NCBI GenBank assembly: GCA_001789205.1
Contig: MFYT01000039.1
Location: forward strand, 85,295-149,294
Reading direction: 5' to 3'
DNA length: 64,000 nucleotides
Source of the DNA: Candidatus Raymondbacteria bacterium RIFOXYA2_FULL_49_16
GTDB taxonomy: Bacteria > Fibrobacterota > OXYB2-FULL-49-7 > XYB2-FULL-49-35
Shown here: positions 19,643 through 29,853 of the stretch, piece after piece
Numbering within the stretch: the first letter of the stretch is position 1
Layout of the letters: each line of letters starts with the position of its first letter
Program-made: the position numbers and the translations under genes
The notes under the pieces: generated by a model
What the model was told of the DNA's origin: nothing
The model's input: the letters and a program-made list of their open reading frames with translations, nothing else
Databases searched by the model: none

Positions 19643-20881
19643 TTACACGCTTTTCAGCGCTTTGATGGGTTCCAGTCTTGAAGCTTTATACGCCGGGTGA
19701 AGGCTGCCGAGAATGGAAACAACAATCACCACAAGAGAGACCACCACAACATCTTTAGGCGTCATGTGGGGTGAAAGGACAAAACCTTCCTTCATGCCAA
19801 AAGAGAATGTATAATGGGATACGCGGATGGCATTAACCGCCACAACACTTAGAATGGTACCGGCAAGAACACCAAACAGGCCAAGCAACCCTCCCTCGAC
19901 AATGAACATGGCGAGAATACGGCCCGGCAATGTACCAATGGCCGCCAGCGTCCCTATCTCACGGGTCCGCTCATAAACGGACATTATCATGACATCCATG
20001 ATGCTTATAAGAACTATCGCAATGAGCATTATCCGTATAAACACGGTCATGAGGTCGATCATTTTAGCAATATTGGCGAACGGAGAGAGTTTTTCCCAGG
20101 TGTGCAGTTCAAATTTCGGCATGCCTTTCGTGTTCTTTTCCTTATTTAAACGCTCTGTCAGCTGCTCAAAGACCTGATCCAGCCGGTTGAAATCCTTCAC
20201 ATGGACGGCAATCTCGCTGACTTCCGGTTCTTCCATGCGCAACAGTTCTGCTGCGTCCGTGATATGTATGTACCCATCACGCCCGCCCGGTCCGGGTGCA
20301 CTCTCAACAATGCCGCCCACGATGAATTGTTGGCCATTAACGGAACCATCTTTATTAGTCGCAATAATAACAACTGGAGCGCCGACAGTGATGTTTAAAC
20401 CTTTAGCCAAAAACTGAGGCACAAGTATTTGTCCCCGTCTAAGCTCTGAGCTGCCTTCCATGATGCGCTTTTGAAGGAGCGGGACCGTCTTAAATTCCTT
20501 CTCCGGGTCAATGCCGTAAAGCCGGAGGTTGGTAGTTTCGGTAAAGTTGCTTATTACGCCGCCCAATCTGATGCGTGTTGAGTAGGCCTCAACCTCCGGT
20601 ATTCCCTTGAGAATGTCCTCAATGATACCAACGCCATGCGGCATCATGTTCAGGTTCATGGGCACATTTTCAATAGAAACCACATACCCTTTTTTGTGTA
20701 TTTGCATCTGACCGAGCATGGCATCCGTTATCTGACCCACGATGAGCGACTTGTATGAACCGGAAGCGGCCATAAAAACCTGTACGGCGATGACGCCAAG
20801 CGCTATGAGTGCTCCGACAAGCAGTGTCCGGCGTTTGTAGCGCATTAAATTACGGGCTGCTATCTTGATGATTTCAAGCAT
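19643..20881 (-). CDS. ABC transporter permease (LolC/E-like)
   Basis: IAARNLMRYKRRT, MSVYERTREIGTLAAIG, PAYKASRLEPIKAL. Confidence 0.9.
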   Translation of the reverse strand: MLEIIKIAARNLMRYKRRTLLVGALIALGVIAVQVFMAASGSYKSLIVGQITDAMLGQMQIHKKGYVVSIENVPMNLNMMPHGVGIIEDILKGIPEVEAYSTRIRLGGVISNFTETTNLRLYGIDPEKEFKTVPLLQKRIMEGSSELRRGQILVPQFLAKGLNITVGAPVVIIATNKDGSVNGQQFIVGGIVESAPGPGGRDGYIHITDAAELLRMEEPEVSEIAVHVKDFNRLDQVFEQLTERLNKEKNTKGMPKFELHTWEKLSPFANIAKMIDLMTVFIRIMLIAIVLISIMDVMIMSVYERTREIGTLAAIGTLPGRILAMFIVEGGLLGLFGVLAGTILSVVAVNAIRVSHYTFSFGMKEGFVLSPHMTPKDVVVVSLVVIVVSILGSLHPAYKASRLEPIKALKSV

Positions 20882-21578
20882 GGTTTGCAGCCCCTTTCTC
20901 CTGCTGGCCGGTCAGGATGCCGTCCTCTATGGTGTAAATGCATTCAGCCTCTCCGACGATTTTAGGGTCGTGGGTCGAAAAAATGAAGGTCGTGCTGAGT
21001 TCGTCGCGCATCTTTTTCATGAGGCTTAGAATCATATACGCGGTTTTATGGTCCAGATTGGCCGTGGGCTCATCCGCCAACACCAGCTTGGGGCTCGTCA
21101 CAAGCGCCCGCGCGATGGCCACCCGCTGTTTCTGCCCGCCGGATATCTGGTCCGGATATTTTTCGCTTTGATCGGCCATTTCAACAGCTTCCAGAAGGTT
21201 CAGCACAAGCTTCCGCCGTTCCGCCGCCGGAGTGTCCCGCACCATGACGAGTGGGTATTCCACATTCTCGTACACAGTGAGGATGGGCACCAGGTTAAAA
21301 TCCTGAAAAATGAATCCTATGTTGCCCCCCCTGAATTTAGCACTGTTGGTTCTATCAAGTGCCAAAACATTGGACCCGCCTACGTCGAGTCTTCCAGACG
21401 ATGGTTTGTCCAGACAACCGATAAGATTAAGAAGTGTCGTCTTCCCGCTTCCGGACGGCCCAATAAACGAGGTGATGGTTCCTGCCTCTATTGAGAAGCT
21501 GACGTCTTTCAGCGCCTGGACTGTTACTGTTCCAGTCTCATAAAATTTTCCCACGTTCTCAGCCTTAACTATTGTCAT
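20874..21578 (-). CDS. ABC transporter ATP-binding protein (LolD-like)
   Basis: GPSGSGKTT, ISGGQKQRVAIAR, LADEPTANLD. Confidence 0.93.
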   Translation of the reverse strand: MTIVKAENVGKFYETGTVTVQALKDVSFSIEAGTITSFIGPSGSGKTTLLNLIGCLDKPSSGRLDVGGSNVLALDRTNSAKFRGGNIGFIFQDFNLVPILTVYENVEYPLVMVRDTPAAERRKLVLNLLEAVEMADQSEKYPDQISGGQKQRVAIARALVTSPKLVLADEPTANLDHKTAYMILSLMKKMRDELSTTFIFSTHDPKIVGEAECIYTIEDGILTGQQEKGAANHA

Positions 21579-21631
21579 GAAATATTTCCTTTTGTGTTAA
21601 ACATAATGCCGTTCATTTTGTTTCTTTAAGT

Positions 21632-22330
21632 TCAAAATCCAAAATACAACCCGAAATTATTTGTCAGCACCAGATAAACCCCGACCAGTATAAACAATAC
21701 CGCTGTCACTCGCCTCACCCACAATTCAATGATCGTCAGCTTGTTGAAAACAGAACCTACAAGGTGTGCTCCGAACGCCAACAACAGCGAAAAACCAATT
21801 ACCGGCAAGGCCGTGCCCACGCCATAAAGCACAGGCATTACAAGCGCTGAATTGTTTTTAATCGCAAGCGGGATAAGCCCTCCAAAGAAAAGACCGGCGG
21901 AAGTTGGACAAAAGGCCATTGCAAAAAGGACCCCCAGAATACCTGCGCCCCACACGCCGGTATTATCTATCCGCGCCTGGAGCCCCTGTGTCATCCCCTT
22001 TCCACCAAAGCCAAATCTGAACAGGTCGAGCAGAAGCACCCCCACTGCAAGGCAAACCGGCCCAATAATCTTACTCATGTTGTTCTGGAGAAAATTCGAT
22101 ACACCGGGAATTGTGAGCAGGCTTTTTATAACCAGCATGCCCACCGTAAGATAGGCAAGCGCACGGCCAAGCGTATAGAGCAATCCCGCGAAAAGGACTG
22201 TCCGCGTGGATCCCACACGCCTGCCCACATACGATATTGCCGCGATGTTCGTGGCAAGCGGGCAGGGGCTGATGGAGGTCAGTATCCCCAACCAGAGAGC
22301 GGCCCCCATGGCCACAAACGTTTCATTCAT
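21632..22330 (-). CDS. CcdA/DsbD-like membrane protein, ArsG-like
   Basis: LGILTSISPCPLATNIAAI and FAMAFCP; adjacent to ArsE/F-like genes. Confidence 0.75.
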   Translation of the reverse strand: MNETFVAMGAALWLGILTSISPCPLATNIAAISYVGRRVGSTRTVLFAGLLYTLGRALAYLTVGMLVIKSLLTIPGVSNFLQNNMSKIIGPVCLAVGVLLLDLFRFGFGGKGMTQGLQARIDNTGVWGAGILGVLFAMAFCPTSAGLFFGGLIPLAIKNNSALVMPVLYGVGTALPVIGFSLLLAFGAHLVGSVFNKLTIIELWVRRVTAVLFILVGVYLVLTNNFGLYFGF

Positions 22331-22908
22331 GACTTAAATTCCTTTTCAAACGCTTTAATCTCTTCACGGATGTATACCCTGAAAGCGTTCTCATCTCCCA
22401 GGAGTTCCCATATTTTTGCACAATTTTTCCAGCCCATCTCCTTCCCGTCTTTAACGCAAGAAAGAACAACGGACTTTGAATATAAGCTGTAATCCTTGGC
22501 AAAATGTTCGTTCTGCTTATCCTGAATGTTCAGCATCTTCCATTCCATGCTACCGCTCTTCAGTTCGTCCTTGAACGAAGCTTCGACCTCTGCGCGGGTA
22601 TATTTTTCAATCTTCTGGCACGAAGGGCACCGGTAACTTGTCATGAAATAATAGACGTATATCTTCCCGCCATTTTTCACCTGCTGTTTGGCAGATGCCG
22701 TATCGGTCTTTGCGGGGGTACTCTGCACGATCTTTTGTTTTGCCTGCGGCGCTGCGGTTTTGGGCGCTTCGGCAAACCCGTTGCTGCAACTGCAATTGGG
22801 AAGGCTGAACATCGTAATGCCGATAAGCATGATTGCAACCATTAGACTTTTTTCACTGTTGAACATACCATATCCTTTCATTATTTTTAAAACCCTACAA
22901 GGTTCCAT
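22327..22908 (-). CDS. Thioredoxin-fold exported protein, ArsF-like
   Basis: VYYFMTSYRCPSCQKIE CxxC; hydrophobic N-terminus. The real start is probably a downstream Met. Confidence 0.7.
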   Translation of the reverse strand: MEPCRVLKIMKGYGMFNSEKSLMVAIMLIGITMFSLPNCSCSNGFAEAPKTAAPQAKQKIVQSTPAKTDTASAKQQVKNGGKIYVYYFMTSYRCPSCQKIEKYTRAEVEASFKDELKSGSMEWKMLNIQDKQNEHFAKDYSLYSKSVVLSCVKDGKEMGWKNCAKIWELLGDENAFRVYIREEIKAFEKEFKS

Positions 22909-24190
22909 ATATTAATCCGGAAATCGTCGCCATTATAACTACCAGCGAAATGTACGCCATGGTCTTTTTGATTCCCATTATGCTGTTCAGCACCAGCATG
23001 TTCTGCAGCGAAAGTGCCGGGCCTGCCAGCAATAGGGCCAATGCAGGGCCTTTGCCCATTCCGGCAGCCATGAGTCCCTGGAGAATGGGAACTTCGGTGA
23101 GCGTTGCAAAATACATGAACGCACCCACAACCGACGCAAGGAGATTTGCCCGCAGAGAATTGCCGCCAACGGCCGCGGTTATCCATTCGGAAGGAATGAT
23201 GCCTTCGTGACCAACGCGGCCGAGTGCAAATCCGGCAACGAGAACGCCGAAAAGCAGAAGTGGAAAGATCTGTTTTACAAATCCCCAGGTTGCAGAGAGC
23301 CAGTCACCAGCCTCGCCCTTGTCTGTACCTGTAATTACTGTAAGGCCCAGAATACCGGCAATAAACGCAATTATTGGTTGATGCGGGAACAAGAATGCGA
23401 GGACCACGGGTGATATTGTTGCTACTGCGACCTTCCACCATGGTATTTTCAGCCATGCTATTAAGGCCATGCCCAAACCAAGGGCAAAAAGGCCGGTGAT
23501 GGGCCACTTCAGCCCATAAATAAAGTGCCACGGGCCTGTTTCCTGGACTGGTTTGCCCCAGTTTGCAAAAACAAGTATGCCGATCATGGACGCAAAATAA
23601 AGCGCTGTCTGCCACAGGGGCCGGCCAGCTTCTGCGTCCGGCATGGCCATCTGGGCCGCGTTCTTCTGCGCTTCTTCTTTCCTGAAAATGAACTGCATTA
23701 TCAACCCAATGACAACGCTGAACCCGATTGCGCCAACCGCACGGGCCACTCCCATCTCAAGGCCAAGAATGCGGGCAGTTAAAATGATGGCCAGGACATT
23801 GATGGCGGGTCCGGAATACAGAAATGCTGTTGCCGGGCCAATGCCAGCGCCCATCCGGTATATGCCTGCGAAGAGAGGCAGCACGGTGCATGAACAGACC
23901 GCCAGTACTGTGCCTGAAACCGAGGCCACTCCATAGGCCAGGACCTTGTTCGCCTTTGCGCCCAGATACTTCATCACCGATGCCTGGCTCACAAAAACGC
24001 CTATTGCACCAGCTATGAAAAAGGCCGGCACCAGACATAGCAACACATGTTCGCGCGCATACCATTTTACAAGGTTCAGCGCCTCGGATATTGCATTGTT
24101 GAACCGGGGTGCATCAACAGGCAAATAATAGATGCCTATGAACAGCGCAACTACCCAGAATAGCGGTTTTAATTCCTTTTTCAGCAGCAT
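22895..24190 (-). CDS. ArsP-like (DUF318) permease
   Basis: LAVCSCTVLPLF, FLYSGPAIN, FMYFATLTEVPI, LLAGPALS. Confidence 0.85.
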   Translation of the reverse strand: MLLKKELKPLFWVVALFIGIYYLPVDAPRFNNAISEALNLVKWYAREHVLLCLVPAFFIAGAIGVFVSQASVMKYLGAKANKVLAYGVASVSGTVLAVCSCTVLPLFAGIYRMGAGIGPATAFLYSGPAINVLAIILTARILGLEMGVARAVGAIGFSVVIGLIMQFIFRKEEAQKNAAQMAMPDAEAGRPLWQTALYFASMIGILVFANWGKPVQETGPWHFIYGLKWPITGLFALGLGMALIAWLKIPWWKVAVATISPVVLAFLFPHQPIIAFIAGILGLTVITGTDKGEAGDWLSATWGFVKQIFPLLLFGVLVAGFALGRVGHEGIIPSEWITAAVGGNSLRANLLASVVGAFMYFATLTEVPILQGLMAAGMGKGPALALLLAGPALSLQNMLVLNSIMGIKKTMAYISLVVIMATISGLIYGTL

Positions 24191-24235
24191 GCGAGCAACT
24201 CTTTTCCTTTTGTTGCAACAGCGGCAATAGCTTCT

Positions 24236-24481
24236 TCAGTAATCTGAAATTGCAATAACCTTCTTTGCTTCTTCGAGCGATGGCACTTTGCCTGTTAATT
24301 TAACCACACCGTCGACAGCCAGGGCAGGGGTCATCATTACATTGAAGGCCATGATCTCGTTAATGTCCGTGACTTTGACCAGTTCATACTCGATCCCAAG
24401 CTCTTTTGCCGCCTGCTCCGCAACTTCTGCCAGTTTTTTGCATTTTGGGCACCCGGTGCCCAGAATTGATAGTTTTTTCAT
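24236..24481 (-). CDS. Small redox-active disulfide protein (MTH895/ArsE-like thioredoxin)
   Basis: ILGTGCPKCKKL...VMMTPALAVDG. Confidence 0.88.
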   Translation of the reverse strand: MKKLSILGTGCPKCKKLAEVAEQAAKELGIEYELVKVTDINEIMAFNVMMTPALAVDGVVKLTGKVPSLEEAKKVIAISDY

Positions 24482-24500
24482 GAAAACCTCTTTCTGTTAT

Positions 24501-24725
24501 TTACCAGCCCAGTTTTTCCTGGCCATTGCATGGCTGAACGATCTCCTCAACAGCTTTGTTCTTGCATAAGAGCTTGCATTTCAGGCAGCCTGAACAAAAA
24601 TAGAAATCAACCCAGGGCTTGTCTGTTTTATCCTCTTTGAAAACCGCCTTCTTTTCGCATAGTTCCAATACGTCGCACAGGTCGCAATTTGAACATATCC
24701 GGGGATTAATCATCGCGCGTTTCAT
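24501..24725 (-). CDS. Small 2x[4Fe-4S]-type ferredoxin-like protein
   Basis: CSNCDLC...C and CSGCLKCKLLC motifs. Confidence 0.8.
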   Translation of the reverse strand: MKRAMINPRICSNCDLCDVLELCEKKAVFKEDKTDKPWVDFYFCSGCLKCKLLCKNKAVEEIVQPCNGQEKLGW

Positions 24726-24730
24726 GGTAT

Positions 24731-25048
24731 TTATCCTACTGATGCGAGCTGCTCTTTTGCCCTGTCATGGATGACCTTTTCAATGCACCCAAGAAACTGA
24801 AGGATGCACGGCACTTTGAGATGGTAAAAAACCATGGTCCCACGTTTGTCGTCAGTCACAATACCGGCGTTCTTGAGAACAGAAAGATGCTTGGATACTG
24901 TCGAGATATCATCCCCGACAAAGTCCGTCAGTTCGCAAACGCAATGCTCTCTCTCCACCAGCTTCTCAATTATAAGCAGGCGGGTAGGATGAGCCATAGC
25001 CTTTATAATATTCGCCCTGGCCTCGTATTTGTACATTACTGATGGCAT
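24731..25048 (-). CDS. arsR: ArsR/SmtB metalloregulator
   Basis: KAMAHPTRL, EHCVCEL, STVSKHLSVLKNAG. Confidence 0.88.
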   Translation of the reverse strand: MPSVMYKYEARANIIKAMAHPTRLLIIEKLVEREHCVCELTDFVGDDISTVSKHLSVLKNAGIVTDDKRGTMVFYHLKVPCILQFLGCIEKVIHDRAKEQLASVG

Positions 25049-25229
25049 AAGACTCCTTTGTTGGTTATTTGGTAAAATAGTAAAACAAGCAATTCATAAG
25101 CAAGTTTTTTGGTTCGCCGATACGTATTATATTACGGAAATGTTTAAACAGAACTTACAAATATTTAGCTTTTAAAATGAGGGCCTTGCCTTGGTGACCG
25201 ACCGGCAACTTTCATTTTCATAAGTAATT

Positions 25230-25322
25230 AATGAACGGAGAATTTGTGTCCACGGCATGCAAGACACTGCAAGCAATGAAAACGCAGGAAATTGCCTTCA
25301 TTCTGGAATTTCCTCTATTAAT
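25230..25322. repeat. 93-bp direct repeat, copy 2 (orphan 5' stub of the AraC gene)
   Basis: Matches 10648-10740 with 3 mismatches. The minus strand encodes the stub MKAISCVFIACSVLHAVDTNSPFINYL*. Confidence 0.95.
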
Positions 25323-25392
25323 CCATTAATTGTGATAATTGTGAAAGTCATTAATAATTTAAAAATACAATAAAAGGCAGAAGGATTAAAAC

Positions 25393-25443
25393 TTGCATTT
25401 TATTGATCGTGTGATTATATTTATACTGATCGATGAGTATGTA
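25393..25443 (+). promoter_or_regulatory. tetR promoter and probable TetR operator
   Basis: TTGCAT-N17-TATATT followed by ATACTGATCGATGAGTATGTA; a similar ATACTGACCAATATGTATGTA occurs at 26109-26129. Confidence 0.55.
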
Positions 25444-25452
25444 AGTCACTAT

Positions 25453-26079
25453 ATGCGAAAAACCAAGGAAAATACAGAGATCTCGAAACTGCGTATTCTT
25501 ATGGCAGCGGATAAGGAATTCTGCCAGCGAGGATTTATTGCTGCCAATATGGATGCCATTGCCGCGGCCGCGGGTATGACAAAAGGCGCCATATTCTGGC
25601 ACTATGAAAGTAAAATCGGGCTTTTTCGTGCCATTATAAAGCGCGCGATCCAAAGGATACAGGCCATTTTCCAGGAGACATTATCAGCCTCTGAACCTGT
25701 GGCAATCCTTGAAAAGTTCAGGGAACTCTTCAAACGAATCAAAAAGGACAATGCTTTTAATGTACTCTTGGTATTGAGCGATGCGGACAAAACAAAGGAC
25801 ATTCCAAAGGACGTGCTTGTTGAGTGCAACAAAGACATAGCAGAAATCATGACAGAGGTGGACCGCATACTATTAGAAGCGAAAAAAAGCGGTGAATTGC
25901 GTGCAGACACAGATGTTCAAAACATCCTTATTACCATGGTCCTTGTTATGAGCGGGTTTGCCAAAATCAAAGAATTTAGGAGTCTGATTGATCCCTTTGG
26001 CAGGAATATTGACGATGAATCTGTTATAAATACTCTGTTCAATGGGTTGCTTTCATTTCAGAAAAAAGGACAAAAATAA
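25453..26079 (+). CDS. TetR/AcrR-family regulator
   Basis: ILMAADKEFCQRGF...IAAAAGMTKGAIFWHYESK HTH. Confidence 0.92.
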   Translation: MRKTKENTEISKLRILMAADKEFCQRGFIAANMDAIAAAAGMTKGAIFWHYESKIGLFRAIIKRAIQRIQAIFQETLSASEPVAILEKFRELFKRIKKDNAFNVLLVLSDADKTKDIPKDVLVECNKDIAEIMTEVDRILLEAKKSGELRADTDVQNILITMVLVMSGFAKIKEFRSLIDPFGRNIDDESVINTLFNGLLSFQKKGQK

Positions 26080-26165
26080 CAGAAAGCCCATTTTTATGTA
26101 CTTTTAACATACTGACCAATATGTATGTATAGGTCAGTAAATGTTTCACACCAGGAGAGGAGTGT

Positions 26166-27524
26166 ATGCGATTTTTAACCGTGGTTTTCAGCATGGTCTT
26201 TTTCCTTATGGTGCAAACCTTCCTTTTTGCGCAAGGGTTATTTGAAAGCGCTGGCCAGGAGGCTTCCAGTGCTGGAAACGAAGAGGCAAATCCGCTTTCT
26301 TTAAGCGGGTATTTAAAAGGTTCTCTCTGTGGCGGGCAAGACAACAACCATGTAATAGTTTCTTCAGGTAATGCCCAGGTATCGCTGAAACTTACGGCTG
26401 AAAGATCCGGATTGGCCAAGGCCTTTTCCGAAGTCCGTCTCAATGGCGGAAAAATCCGTGATTCATCGTCAATTGCGTGTGATGTTCGTGAAGCCTGGGC
26501 TTCTGCTTCTCCAGGGCCCTTTGATATCAAATTGGGGCGGCAAATTATCTCCTGGGGGCGGGCAGATGGCATCAATCCGACCAACACAATTACTCCAAAG
26601 GACGAAACCGCCCTTTCCTCTGAATTGGACGATACGCGACTTGGCAACGAGCTTCTTCAGGTCAGGGCGAAAATAGGGTCTGCAAGCATCCAGGGAATTT
26701 GGGTCCCCTATTTTAGGCCCGATGTATTACCCCTTTCAGGCGCACAAATTCCCTCTGGAATAACATTGGCAGCACCTGCATATCCTGATTCGCGGGTGAA
26801 TCATGCGGGTTATGCACTTCGCATGGAATACGCCTTTCCCTTAGTCGATGGCTCTGTTTCGTATTTCAATGGCTATCCAACGCTTCCGGGTTTTGATTTT
26901 TCAATAGGCCAGAGCGGCCTTTTACTCATGCCGCGCGCGTATCGCATCCATTCTATTGGCGCTGATTTTTCAACAACAATCAACGCAATTGGCCTGCGAG
27001 GCGAGGCAGCCATTAAATACCCTTACGATAACTATGAAAAGTATACCTATGTACCCAATCCCTATGCGCAATATGTCGCAGGGCTCGATAAATCCATTGG
27101 TAATTGGAATATTCTGCTCCAATATTCAGGCCTCTACGTTGTTGATTATCAGAAAATCGCTGACCCTGTGCTGTCCGACCCGTTTAATCCCATGGTCCAG
27201 GCGTTCTATGCCTTTGAATTGGCGCGTGCCAATATCATCCAGATGAACAGGTTGTTTACCGGAACTGCGGACAAATTTAGCCATGCATGCACAGGCAACG
27301 TGCAGTGGAACACGCTCTACGAAACCCTGCATTTCAGATTGGCAGGCATGTATAATTTTACCACAAAAGACTATGCGATCAATCCAAGCGTTTCCTACGA
27401 TATCGCTGATGCCGTCACTCTGGTCGCGGGCGGCCGCTACCTCAATGGGCCCGATGGAAATCTGAATGCCATGATCACCAATCTGATGAGTTTTGTATAT
27501 ACTGAACTCAAGGTATCGTTCTAG
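26166..27524 (+). CDS. Putative outer-membrane beta-barrel protein
   Basis: Signal peptide; VREAW...LGRQIISWGRADGINP; C-terminal ELKVSF. Confidence 0.7.
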   Translation: MRFLTVVFSMVFFLMVQTFLFAQGLFESAGQEASSAGNEEANPLSLSGYLKGSLCGGQDNNHVIVSSGNAQVSLKLTAERSGLAKAFSEVRLNGGKIRDSSSIACDVREAWASASPGPFDIKLGRQIISWGRADGINPTNTITPKDETALSSELDDTRLGNELLQVRAKIGSASIQGIWVPYFRPDVLPLSGAQIPSGITLAAPAYPDSRVNHAGYALRMEYAFPLVDGSVSYFNGYPTLPGFDFSIGQSGLLLMPRAYRIHSIGADFSTTINAIGLRGEAAIKYPYDNYEKYTYVPNPYAQYVAGLDKSIGNWNILLQYSGLYVVDYQKIADPVLSDPFNPMVQAFYAFELARANIIQMNRLFTGTADKFSHACTGNVQWNTLYETLHFRLAGMYNFTTKDYAINPSVSYDIADAVTLVAGGRYLNGPDGNLNAMITNLMSFVYTELKVSF

Positions 27525-27558
27525 CCTTCTATGCAATAGAAAGAGAGGATTGTGCGCC

Positions 27559-29841
27559 ATGGATAAAGAATTCTTCGTCATACGTCATAGAGCGCCCATT
27601 ATCGCTGCATGCCTGCTTTTAGCAGGCATAATGGGGTTTCAATTGAGAAAATTGGAAATTAACGCTGACTTTCTTTTCATGTTTTCTCCGACCATGCAGT
27701 CGCGTGTGAATACCGAAAAAATTGAGAAAATATTCGGTTCAAATGACATGCTTTTTGTTCTTCTTGAAACGCAGGATGTGCTGGACCAGGCAACGCTGGT
27801 GCGTGTGAAAAATATTGGTCAGGAACTTAAGAAGGTCCCTGGAATCAAAAATGTAATATCATTGTTCGACACAAAGGACATTCGCGGTGAAAACGGTTCA
27901 ATGATTGTTGAACCAGCGGTTACGGCAATCCCAACGACCGATGTAGAGCGTCGGGCCTTGAGGCAATCCCTGCTGGCCAATGAACTTGCCAAGGAAGTGG
28001 TGGTGTCAAAAGACTTCAAAGTGACTGCCATGCTCATGAGCCTTGATCTCAATGCTTCAAAAAAAGACATATACCAGGCTGTCAAAAACACGGTCCAGGC
28101 GTTTCCAGGCAATGAAAAGACGCTTATTGGCGGCATACCTGCTTTTCAAACAGTGATCATTGACAATATAATCCACGATATCCTCATCCTGCTCCCAGGA
28201 GCGCTGCTTATCATTCTCTTTATTTTATATGCTTTTTTCCGGCAGATGCGCGGCATTGTGCTTCCCTTATGTGTTGTATTATTATCAACAATCTTTGGCA
28301 TGGGCATTTTACCGCTCATGGGCTGGAAAATGACGGTTTTGTCCGCGATCCTTCCAATTATGGTTATCGCCTTTTCCAATAATTACGGTATATACCTGAT
28401 TGCGCGATACCAGGACCTGTGCGCCAGCTCCGGTAGCCTGACAAAAAAACAGATTGCAGTTGATGTGTTCAGGGTTCTGTATAAGCCTATCCTGTTTTCA
28501 GGAATCACCACCATGGTTGGGCTGCTGGGCATGCTTTTCCACGCCATTATACCAGCCAAACAAATCGGTGTAGCAGCGTCCATTGCCATAGGTTTTTCAC
28601 TTGTGGTCAGTTTGGGGGGAATCCCGGCTATTTTATCCATGTTGAAATTGCCCAAAAAAAAGACCAGGAGCGCTGGGCTTGGTTCTGTACCGCTTTTGGA
28701 TTCGGGCCTGCATAAAACAGCGGAAGTAGTTGTGCGGCGCCCTGGAATGGTATTGCTTGCAGCGGCAATCATAGCTGCCGTGGGAATCGGATCAGCAACA
28801 CACGTAATCGTGGACGCAAACCAGGAGAACCTGTTTGGGAAAAACCACCCAATCACCACATGCACACGGCTCATAAACCGACATTTCGGCGGTTCGCAAA
28901 ATGTTTCAGTGCTTTTTGAAGGTGATATAAAAGATCCGCAGCTGCTACGTTTAATGGAGAGCTACAAGGACACGCTGCAGAAGCTGCCTGGAGTGGGACA
29001 GGTCACCTCAATAGCGGACATTATCCGGATCATGAGCAAGGCGCTGAACGATTCGGGCACACCCGGGTACAATAGCATTCCCGATACCCGTGATGCAATT
29101 GCGCAATATCTTGAACTCTATTCCATGAGCGGAAGTCCTGAAGATTTTGAACGCCTAGTTGACTTTAATTACGAAAAGGCCCAATTTATCGTGCGTATTA
29201 CCAATGGCGCAACGCCAATAATCAATACCATTATACGCAAAATAGACACCATGCGTAAAAAGGACAAATCCATAGCGTTTGTAGGCGGTTGGGCAGCCAT
29301 GTTTGCGGAATTGGCAGCAGTCATGTTAAAGGGACAAATCATGTCCATTGTATCTGCTTTGTGCGCCATTGTCATTTTAGTCATGTTCATGTTCCGTTCA
29401 GTGGTTGCCGGGTTGCTATCCGCAATTCCCCTGGTATTTGCCATTGTCGTTGGGTTTGGCACCATGGGTGCGTTTGGCATTTATTTGGATGTTGCCACAG
29501 CGCTTATCACCTCAATTATAATAGGCACTGGCGTTGATTTTACTTTGCAGTTTCTCTGGAGATACCGCAGCATACGCCAAAGCGGCATGTCCTATGGAGA
29601 GGCCATAAAAGAAACCTATGCGACCATTGGAAGGGCCATTGTCTTCAATGCTTTTTGCGTGGCTTCGGGTCTGGGCGTTATGATTTTTTCGTCCATACCG
29701 CCGCTTCGGTATTTTGCCATACTTTTTGGCGTGCTTACCCTTGCGTGCATGTGCGGGGCGCTGATTGTGATACCAGCGCTGTGCCTGGTCTGCAAGCCCA
29801 AGTTTTTAGAACCAATACAAGCGGATAACACTCATTCTTGA
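27559..29841 (+). CDS. MMPL/RND-family transporter
   Basis: Two repeats of periplasmic domain plus TM bundle; GTGVDF and IGRAIVFNA motifs. Confidence 0.88.
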   Translation: MDKEFFVIRHRAPIIAACLLLAGIMGFQLRKLEINADFLFMFSPTMQSRVNTEKIEKIFGSNDMLFVLLETQDVLDQATLVRVKNIGQELKKVPGIKNVISLFDTKDIRGENGSMIVEPAVTAIPTTDVERRALRQSLLANELAKEVVVSKDFKVTAMLMSLDLNASKKDIYQAVKNTVQAFPGNEKTLIGGIPAFQTVIIDNIIHDILILLPGALLIILFILYAFFRQMRGIVLPLCVVLLSTIFGMGILPLMGWKMTVLSAILPIMVIAFSNNYGIYLIARYQDLCASSGSLTKKQIAVDVFRVLYKPILFSGITTMVGLLGMLFHAIIPAKQIGVAASIAIGFSLVVSLGGIPAILSMLKLPKKKTRSAGLGSVPLLDSGLHKTAEVVVRRPGMVLLAAAIIAAVGIGSATHVIVDANQENLFGKNHPITTCTRLINRHFGGSQNVSVLFEGDIKDPQLLRLMESYKDTLQKLPGVGQVTSIADIIRIMSKALNDSGTPGYNSIPDTRDAIAQYLELYSMSGSPEDFERLVDFNYEKAQFIVRITNGATPIINTIIRKIDTMRKKDKSIAFVGGWAAMFAELAAVMLKGQIMSIVSALCAIVILVMFMFRSVVAGLLSAIPLVFAIVVGFGTMGAFGIYLDVATALITSIIIGTGVDFTLQFLWRYRSIRQSGMSYGEAIKETYATIGRAIVFNAFCVASGLGVMIFSSIPPLRYFAILFGVLTLACMCGALIVIPALCLVCKPKFLEPIQADNTHS

Positions 29842-29853
29842 AGGAGGTAATAT

